Source: a virus
Reading direction: 5' to 3' (one strand)
Virus record (IMG/VR): IMGVR_UViG_3300012949_000670
DNA length: 64,000 bases
The stretch's first letter is position 1. Every line of letters begins with the position of its first letter. The notes beneath the pieces are model-generated. The model saw only the letters and a list, made by a program, of their open reading frames with translations, was not told the origin of the DNA and made no database searches. Of the stretch, positions 57,115 through 64,000 are shown in pieces. The position numbers and the translations under genes were made by a program.

Positions 57115-59325
57115 TTAGTCCACAAAACCCGTCCACGGATGGTTCATCAGCCATTCGTTTCGGGCTTTGGAGTTGTCGCCGCCCATCCATAGGGCTATTT
57201 TGTCGTTTGCCGCTTTCGCGTCCTGAACGGTAAGCTGAACATCGCGGTAGGCGAAGTCTTCCAGCGAAACGTTTTTCGGTGTGTGTTCTTCCTTGTTGCC
57301 GTTTTTGCCGCGTTTCTTCGCATACCCCGGCGGAACGACCAGAACGGTTTCTGCTAACTGTTCGGCGTTCATTTCACCCAAACCCTTGTAGCGGGTGATT
57401 TCAACGTTCTGGAAACCACCAAACTTCTTTACAATTTCATCGCGTTCCGCTTCACTATAGGCGTATTCATACTCTTTGGTTTTCTTGTGCTGAACACGGA
57501 ACAGCGGCGGGCGGGCGGCATACAGCTTACCCGCCTCAATCAGCGGGCGCATGTAGCGCCAGAAGAACGTCACCAAAAGCGCCTGAATGTGCGCACCGTC
57601 AACGTCAGCATCCGACATCAGGACAACACGCCCATAGCGCATATCTTCCAGGTTGAAATCCGGGCCGATGCCAGCGCCAATCGCCGTCACCAGCGAGCGA
57701 ATTTCATCATTTTCGAGAATTTTGGAAAGCTGTGATTTCTTCGCTACGTTTTCCGGTTTACCACGAAGCGGCAGAATGGCATGGAAGCGGCGGTCGCGCC
57801 CCTGCTTCGCAGAACCACCGGCGCTGTCACCTTCCACAATATACAGGGCGGTGAATTCCTTCGGGACAACCGGTTCGCCGTTGACGCGGGAAATATCTGC
57901 TGTCTTACCGACAAAATTTACCCCGGCATCCAGACCAGACTTCTTAATCATGGTCGCCCGGACTTTGGTCGCCGCATCACGGGCTTCCTTCGCGGTCATT
58001 GCCTGTTTGACAATCAGCTTGCCAATCTCGGCATTTGCCGGTTTCGAGAAGAACTCGGTCATGTAATTGTAGGTAGCCGACATAACCGGGCCTTTGACCT
58101 CACCGGAGTTCAACGCCTCTTTGGTCTGCGAGAGGAACTGCGGGGTGTTGGTCATCGTCACACTGACGATAGCGGTCATACCGGCAAAAACATCTTCATT
58201 CTTGAAGTCATCTGCCGATTTGACCCACTTTTTTGCCACCGCAACCGTATTGATTGCCCGGCTGAACCCTGCCCGGAAAGCCGACACGTGAACACCACCG
58301 AGACTGGTGGGGATGGAGTTCACGAAAGAAACAATATTTGTTTCCCCGCTTTCGTTTGCTGTGTATTGGATGGCGATATTGGTTTTGATGGTGTGCTTGA
58401 CACCATTCAAATCTACCTGTTCTTCCGCCTGGAAAATAATGGGCTTGTGAAGAACAGCCTGCCCTTCGTTCAGGTAGGCGATGTAATCCTTCAAACCGTC
58501 CTTGCTGTAATAAACCTTTTTCTGTCTTTCCGCAGAAGGAACTCTCTTATCCAAAAATTCGATTTTTACGCCCGGATGCAGGAAAGCGATTTGGGCAAAG
58601 CGAGTTTCCAGACGATTGGTATTCCAGGGGACGTTCTTTTCTGGGTTTTCCCATTCCAGACTGGGGGAGAACCATGCCCGGTTCGGGCGAAAGCGAATCT
58701 CGGTGCCGGTGCCCTGATTTGGGTCGGGGTTCACGGTGACTTTTTTGCCGTCCACCGTCAGCGATTCGCAGATGCCATTTTTGTTTAAATTCAGTTTGGT
58801 ACTGGCGTTGATTTCGCCAACCTTTTGTTTGGTGGCATCGAAAATCTCAACCGGGGTCATCTTACTGCCGCCGTTCTCAAAGCGTTGGGTGAAAACCAAC
58901 CCGTGCCGTTTAACGGTCACGACAACGAAAGACGACATAGCATTCACGGTTTTCAGACCAATGCCGTGCAGACCCCCCGATGCAGAGTAAGCCGAATCAC
59001 CATTCGACTTTTTGAATTTACCGCCCGCATGGGGTTTGGTCAGAACAACGGTCATGGCGCTGCACTCGATGTCCGGCTTATATTCCACCGGGATGCCGCG
59101 CCCATCATCCGACACGCTGATGGTGCCATCCTTTTCGATGACGACGGTAATTTTGCTGGCAAATCCCGTCTGACATTCATCAATAGAGTTGTCAACAACT
59201 TCCAACAAGATGTGGTGGAGGCCGTGTTCCGCCGTATCCCCGATATACATACCAGGGAGTTTGCGGATGGCTTCCAGAAACTCCATTTGTGTGATGTCTG
59301 CCGAAGAATAATTTTGATTGGGCAT
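57115..59325 (-). CDS. gyrB: Type IIA topoisomerase subunit B (GyrB/ParE)
   Basis: EVVDNSIDE, DDGRGIP, SGGLHGIG, EGDSAGGS, PLRGK, DADVDGAHI, RYKGLGEM. Start moved to MPNQNY. Confidence 0.92.
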   Translation of the reverse strand: MPNQNYSSADITQMEFLEAIRKLPGMYIGDTAEHGLHHILLEVVDNSIDECQTGFASKITVVIEKDGTISVSDDGRGIPVEYKPDIECSAMTVVLTKPHAGGKFKKSNGDSAYSASGGLHGIGLKTVNAMSSFVVVTVKRHGLVFTQRFENGGSKMTPVEIFDATKQKVGEINASTKLNLNKNGICESLTVDGKKVTVNPDPNQGTGTEIRFRPNRAWFSPSLEWENPEKNVPWNTNRLETRFAQIAFLHPGVKIEFLDKRVPSAERQKKVYYSKDGLKDYIAYLNEGQAVLHKPIIFQAEEQVDLNGVKHTIKTNIAIQYTANESGETNIVSFVNSIPTSLGGVHVSAFRAGFSRAINTVAVAKKWVKSADDFKNEDVFAGMTAIVSVTMTNTPQFLSQTKEALNSGEVKGPVMSATYNYMTEFFSKPANAEIGKLIVKQAMTAKEARDAATKVRATMIKKSGLDAGVNFVGKTADISRVNGEPVVPKEFTALYIVEGDSAGGSAKQGRDRRFHAILPLRGKPENVAKKSQLSKILENDEIRSLVTAIGAGIGPDFNLEDMRYGRVVLMSDADVDGAHIQALLVTFFWRYMRPLIEAGKLYAARPPLFRVQHKKTKEYEYAYSEAERDEIVKKFGGFQNVEITRYKGLGEMNAEQLAETVLVVPPGYAKKRGKNGNKEEHTPKNVSLEDFAYRDVQLTVQDAKAANDKIALWMGGDNSKARNEWLMNHPWTGFVD

Positions 59326-59483
59326 AAACCTCTCCAATAAGTTTTACTGATTCTATGTTAGCAGTGAGAATTTCAAAAATGGCATCAGAGGTAAATTTAT
59401 ACTAATTATACAAAGCATAAATCACCCACGACACCAATTGGAAAAATCGCATAGAACCTTTGTTCTTATTATATCCCCAAAAT

Positions 59484-59524
59484 AAGCGGCGGTTATTCCC
59501 TTTGGTCGCAAATAACCGCCGCTT
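59484..59524. terminator. Hairpin after recJ
   Basis: AAGCGGCGGTTATT / AATAACCGCCGCTT. Confidence 0.65.
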
Positions 59525-59542
59525 CGTGAATTTTTTGGCGGT

Positions 59543-61216
59543 TTACTCCACTGCTTTGCGCATTTCGTACAGCATCAGAGTTTTCTTGCTGAGAACTTTT
59601 TCGCCCTGATGGAGTTCATTCATCGTCAGGGAAACCGGCCATTGGCTTGTCGGGTCGTATTTGGCATTAAAGTAAACTGTCACAGGTTCACTCATATTCC
59701 AATCCTCCAATATTTCTGTGACCGTAAAATAAGAGTTCCAGAAAGAAATACGGGCGAACCCTTCCTTACCGTGCGTTGGATTTTCCTTGAAAATGATAGT
59801 GGTATACTGCCCGTCTTTCAATGGAAGAATCCGGTCAATGTACACGTCTTTTGCCACATATTCGGGGGTTGGATTGCCCAAACCATGCGGCTCGGTCAGG
59901 TAGGTTGCCATTGCCGCGCCCCGGATGTCATCATTTTGCAGAGAAACTGGCAGAGCCTCCTTTTCTTTTGTTTCAGGATTCAGCTTCAATTTGCCGAACC
60001 CTTTTTTGATTTCCTCAAATTTATCCGGTTCATAGCTAAAGCCGGCCGCCATCTCGTGACCACCAAAACGCAGCAGGTGTTTTTTTGCTTTTTTCAAGAT
60101 GTCATCCACCAGATGAACACCTTTGACACTGCGTGCCGAACCGACCATTGTATCGCCAGCAGGACAGGCGACCAGGGCGGGCTTGTCGAACAGTTCCACC
60201 AGCTTGGAAGCAATCAGGCCAACGTACCCCGGCAGGGCATCTTCCACTTCGATGAAAATCACCGGTGAGTCGTCATCCAAAAGAGTCGGCATCACCCGGT
60301 CACAGATTGTTTTGACATCATCCTGACGCTGGTTGTTGGCCTGGTTCAGCAGATTGACCGCTTCGATGTCACCTTCGAGGGCTTTCAGGGCAATCATCGG
60401 GCTTTCCCCAATGCGGGAGATGGCGTTGATACGCGGCCCCATGATGAACCCGAAGGAATAGGCGTAGAATTTTTCGTTTCCGTTCAGGTTGTATGCCCAT
60501 GATGGTTGGCGTTTGTTCAAATAGCCCAAACCGAGTTTGGTAATGGCGAAATTCGCCGGGTTGTTGAGCGGTGTGAGGTCGGCAACCGTACCAAAGGCAC
60601 CTAACCCGACCAAATCACCATTTTCATAGATTTTAGAATCCAGCAGGGCGATTGCCATACAAAACGAAATGCCGGCCGAACACAGCTCGATGCCCCTGAA
60701 ATCATGTCCGTTGATAATGGTCATATTTTCCGGGGCGTTAGAAACAAGCTGCTTATCGATGATGTGGTGGTCAAAAACAAGATAACGGGTCTGCGGATTT
60801 TGGCGAGCATGTTCGTGCAGCAGAACGTCATTTGTCCCGCAGTCCACAGTAATCACCAGCTCCGGTTTGAGTTCATTTAGCTTGTCAATGCTGTCTGGGG
60901 TGATACCATACCCGCTTTCACGTTTGGGCAGGTAAATCTCAATTTGCGCATCTGGCAAAACCTGTCGCAGGGTCTTCAGCCAGATTTCGCCGGACGTGAT
61001 GCCGTCCACGTCATAATCGCCATGCACGAAAATGCTGGCGGGTGGATTAGGAGCGACCACTTCATTCCAGACCGTGCGGATGTGGTCTATTAGCTTTTTG
61101 GTATGCGCGGTAAACAACTCCATCGGCGGGGTCAGGAACCATTCTGGTTTCATTCCCGTCTGGGCAGCAATCTGGTCGACATACCCTTTCGTTTGCAGTG
61201 ACATGTTATTTTTCAT
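59543..61216 (-). CDS. recJ: RecJ ssDNA exonuclease (DHH family)
   Basis: HGDYDVDG, TVDCG, DHH, GTVADL, GPRINA, GSARS, FGGHEMAAG. Confidence 0.92.
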   Translation of the reverse strand: MKNNMSLQTKGYVDQIAAQTGMKPEWFLTPPMELFTAHTKKLIDHIRTVWNEVVAPNPPASIFVHGDYDVDGITSGEIWLKTLRQVLPDAQIEIYLPKRESGYGITPDSIDKLNELKPELVITVDCGTNDVLLHEHARQNPQTRYLVFDHHIIDKQLVSNAPENMTIINGHDFRGIELCSAGISFCMAIALLDSKIYENGDLVGLGAFGTVADLTPLNNPANFAITKLGLGYLNKRQPSWAYNLNGNEKFYAYSFGFIMGPRINAISRIGESPMIALKALEGDIEAVNLLNQANNQRQDDVKTICDRVMPTLLDDDSPVIFIEVEDALPGYVGLIASKLVELFDKPALVACPAGDTMVGSARSVKGVHLVDDILKKAKKHLLRFGGHEMAAGFSYEPDKFEEIKKGFGKLKLNPETKEKEALPVSLQNDDIRGAAMATYLTEPHGLGNPTPEYVAKDVYIDRILPLKDGQYTTIIFKENPTHGKEGFARISFWNSYFTVTEILEDWNMSEPVTVYFNAKYDPTSQWPVSLTMNELHQGEKVLSKKTLMLYEMRKAVE

Positions 61217-61219
61217 ATT

Positions 61220-63064
61220 TTATCCATCAATCTCTGTTTCAAATTGCATGTTTGCGACCAGCGTCCTCAAGGTTGCAAGGCGGTCTTTGATTTCTTGTTC
61301 CTTTTGCCCGTCATGCGAATCATTCATAAAATACTTCTTTGCCACCAGCGACCTGTACTGATTGAGAAAATCTATTCGATTTTGAAGTTTCGACCAAAAC
61401 TTTGCGGGATTGATTTTCGACTGTTCTTCAATGTTCGGAAAAGCTCGGGTATCCACGACGACTGGCGTCATAGGGTATAGCCCCGCCTGTTCGATGAGCG
61501 TGTTAATGACTGCCAGAATCTCTGGTGAGCGCTTGATGGCCAGCAATTTTGGGAAGTTAGCCCGATAGTAACGGATAACTTTTTCATCCGTATAAACGGG
61601 CTTTTCATCAGCGCCATTTTCCGCATTCACTTGAGCTGGATTATCGGACTGAGCATTTGCAGCCGTATTGCTCGCAGGGTTGTTATTTGTCGGTTTTTTT
61701 GTTCCGTTGCGCGCCGGAAACGAATGCTGGTGCTGATACTTCGGCTGGTCAGGCGTTTTTTGCGCGAGACTATTGAAATAATTCGTGATGTCTAGTTCCA
61801 ACTTTTCCGACATGCGCTTGAAATACGCCTGACGGGTTATCGCCGGGAAATTACGAATCGACTTTTCATGGTTCTCGAACAGCCACGCCCGCCTGTCGGC
61901 AAAGTCTTCAATTTGCGAACCTTCATAGATAATTTTGGTCGCAACATAGTTTTCCGGGGAAAGCGCCTTGTTCATCACTTCCAGAGCGGCTGCTGTCCCG
62001 TATTTCAGTACATATTCATCCGGGTCATACCCTTCGGGCAAGAAGGCAATCTTGAATTTGACTTTCGGATTGGCATCGATGAAAGGGAAAAGAGTATTGA
62101 CACACAGCTTGAACGCCCGTTTGTATCCAGCCTCGTCCCCATCGAAGCAGAAAATCAGTGTTTGGGAAAAACGCATAAGAGTCTGAAAAATCTCAGTATC
62201 ATTTGCACCCAAACCCAAAAGCGCCAGCATGGGGATGCCTTCCTGCTGCATCACCATCGCGTCAAACGCACCTTCGCCTAATGCAACAAATCCGTGCTTT
62301 TTGACCAGCTCCCGGAACTTGCTGCCGTAACCAAAAGCTGCCTTGCGCTTTTCAAAGATTTCTGTCGCCGGAGAGTTTTTGTACTTGGGGGCTTTTTCCT
62401 TCAGCTCGCCGGTAGCAAACGGGTCTAACCGTCCAGTAAAAGCGATGATGTTTTCAAATGGGTCATCATCTTCTGTACCGCCCCGGAAATCCTTCACCGG
62501 TGCGACAATGCGGCGGTTAAAAACCGGGACGTATTTCCCATCCAGCAGCGACATCACCCCCGCTTTTACGAATTCTTCGTACATCTCCGGCTGGTCGTTG
62601 AGGACGTGAGATTTCAGCGCCCAGCCCAGCCCGAAATATTCGATGCTTTCAGCCGTCAGCCCGCGCTGTTTTTTCAGGTAGTCCAAAATCACCGGCGTTT
62701 TAAGAAGCTCTTCATGGTAAATCCTCGCCATGTCACCGTTGATTTTGTACAGCGCCTTGCTCTTTTCTGAGGCGCTGTTATTCACCAATTTTACACCATA
62801 GATTTTTTCTGCAATATGCAGAGCCTGGAGAAAATCAACTTCTTCCAATCGCATGATGAGCTTTACGGCATTGCCGCTTTCATCGCACTTCCCAAAGCAC
62901 TTCCACAGCTTCTTTCCATCTGCCGTTTCAAACAGGGAAAATGACGCTCCATGTGTCTCATGATGTCCCGGCAGAGGGCAGGGGATATTGCTTCCCTCTT
63001 TGAAGGGAATATTGTAATAGGTCAGTACGGTGCGAGGGTCAAGCTCACTAATTTCTATCGACAT
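61220..63064 (-). CDS. dnaG: DNA primase
   Basis: CHC2 Zn finger, PKYKNSP, TOPRIM GEGAFD, FDGDEAG, YDPDE. Confidence 0.92.
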   Translation of the reverse strand: MSIEISELDPRTVLTYYNIPFKEGSNIPCPLPGHHETHGASFSLFETADGKKLWKCFGKCDESGNAVKLIMRLEEVDFLQALHIAEKIYGVKLVNNSASEKSKALYKINGDMARIYHEELLKTPVILDYLKKQRGLTAESIEYFGLGWALKSHVLNDQPEMYEEFVKAGVMSLLDGKYVPVFNRRIVAPVKDFRGGTEDDDPFENIIAFTGRLDPFATGELKEKAPKYKNSPATEIFEKRKAAFGYGSKFRELVKKHGFVALGEGAFDAMVMQQEGIPMLALLGLGANDTEIFQTLMRFSQTLIFCFDGDEAGYKRAFKLCVNTLFPFIDANPKVKFKIAFLPEGYDPDEYVLKYGTAAALEVMNKALSPENYVATKIIYEGSQIEDFADRRAWLFENHEKSIRNFPAITRQAYFKRMSEKLELDITNYFNSLAQKTPDQPKYQHQHSFPARNGTKKPTNNNPASNTAANAQSDNPAQVNAENGADEKPVYTDEKVIRYYRANFPKLLAIKRSPEILAVINTLIEQAGLYPMTPVVVDTRAFPNIEEQSKINPAKFWSKLQNRIDFLNQYRSLVAKKYFMNDSHDGQKEQEIKDRLATLRTLVANMQFETEIDG

Positions 63065-63404
63065 AAACTCAGCCTCTTTATCAACTCGTAATCAATTTTT
63101 ATTATAGGAACGAGAAGCCGGGGGGGATTTCAGGGCTTAATGGTAGACGCAATCACCGCCGATATGTGCATTTCCGCCACATACAGAAAAAAGGTCGTTT
63201 AAATGCCATTACCCGCCACATATGGGGAGTATCATGCAAAAGGTATCACATATGGGCAAATCAGTGGTAATCGAGCAATATTTTTAAAAATTCATTTCAA
63301 AAATAATAGGAAATTTCTCCGAAGAAGTTTGGACAATGATTCTATTTTGGAATTGTTGTGCGTCAATTTAATGGTGATATTGAATCAGAATGTGGAGAAA
63401 ATGG

Positions 63405-64000
63405 ATGATGCTAGATGAAATCAGGATAAAACAGGCAATAGAAAGCGGGCAAATACAGGGTTATTATGATTGGCAAGATGTGGGAGTCTTTGGCGTCCCT
63501 AGCTTCCAGGTCAAAACGGTCAGCAACGGGGTCAGCATTGAAACGATTGCTCCGTTCGTGATTGATTTAGGTGTCATTGATGCGAACACGCTGAAAAGGA
63601 TTGTCAACAACCACAATCGGGAAAATGGCTGTGTCATCTCCTTGAAAAGCTATTTCCTTGTAGATAAAAGCGACAATATCGCCTGGGTTATCCTCGATTA
63701 TCTGGTGCCCGCATTGGATAATGATTCAATATGGCTAAAAAAAATCGCTCATCCTATCCACTCACTTGCAAACCAAAACCTGTTGGATTATCTCAACAAA
63801 TTAGAACTGATAAACGCACTCAAACCGCTGGTGGAATGGCCGCAGGGATTTTCCAAGTTTGTCCTTGACAACCGACCGCGCTCTCGTGGAGTAGGGACAC
63901 AGCTGGTCGCAGATAGAAGCCTGCCTGTACTGATGGAAATGCTTTCAGCGGATTACGAAATATTGCCCGGTCAAACACAGCAAAATTATGCTCTGTTTTA
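63405..64000 (+). CDS. Hypothetical protein, truncated by the window edge
   Basis: Manual translation MMLDEIRIKQAIESGQIQGYY... is open to the end of the window. GGAG upstream. Confidence 0.6.
   Translation, partial: MMLDEIRIKQAIESGQIQGYYDWQDVGVFGVPSFQVKTVSNGVSIETIAPFVIDLGVIDANTLKRIVNNHNRENGCVISLKSYFLVDKSDNIAWVILDYLVPALDNDSIWLKKIAHPIHSLANQNLLDYLNKLELINALKPLVEWPQGFSKFVLDNRPRSRGVGTQLVADRSLPVLMEMLSADYEILPGQTQQNYALF

Noticed and set aside
63100-63200. Possible tRNA or ncRNA upstream of dnaG
   Set aside because: No cloverleaf, T-loop (GTTCG) or CCA could be built.
1-64000. Calling the window a jumbo phage
   Set aside because: No capsid, terminase, portal or tail genes are visible and conjugation-type genes dominate. 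It cannot be excluded for the rest of the contig.

Overview
Gene-dense 64 kb segment that looks like part of a giant self-replicating, probably conjugative element (megaplasmid/ICE-like) rather than ordinary chromosome. It carries its own divergent replication and recombination genes (dnaE, dnaG, ssb, a type IIA topoisomerase pair, recG, recJ, a tandem-fused RuvC), a sigma-70-like factor, ribosomal protein S21 and CTP synthase. It also has a hybrid Tad/T4SS module (VirB2-like pilin, TadZ/RcpC/TadA/TadB/TadC-like genes, VirB3/VirB4, a degenerate VirD4-like protein, two M23 hydrolases), a DUF916-WxL-WxL-signal peptidase surface cluster, three proteins with AT-hook-like motifs and an ultra-acidic Trp-periodic protein. 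The LysM-M23 protein style and the Pro/Thr-linker secreted proteins suggest a Chloroflexota (Anaerolineae-like) host, which is an inference only. I found no rRNA, tRNA, CRISPR array, transposase, relaxase, capsid or terminase in this window. All family calls come from motifs read by eye; no database search was run. Some start codons were moved downstream of the supplied ORF track where an RBS supports this.
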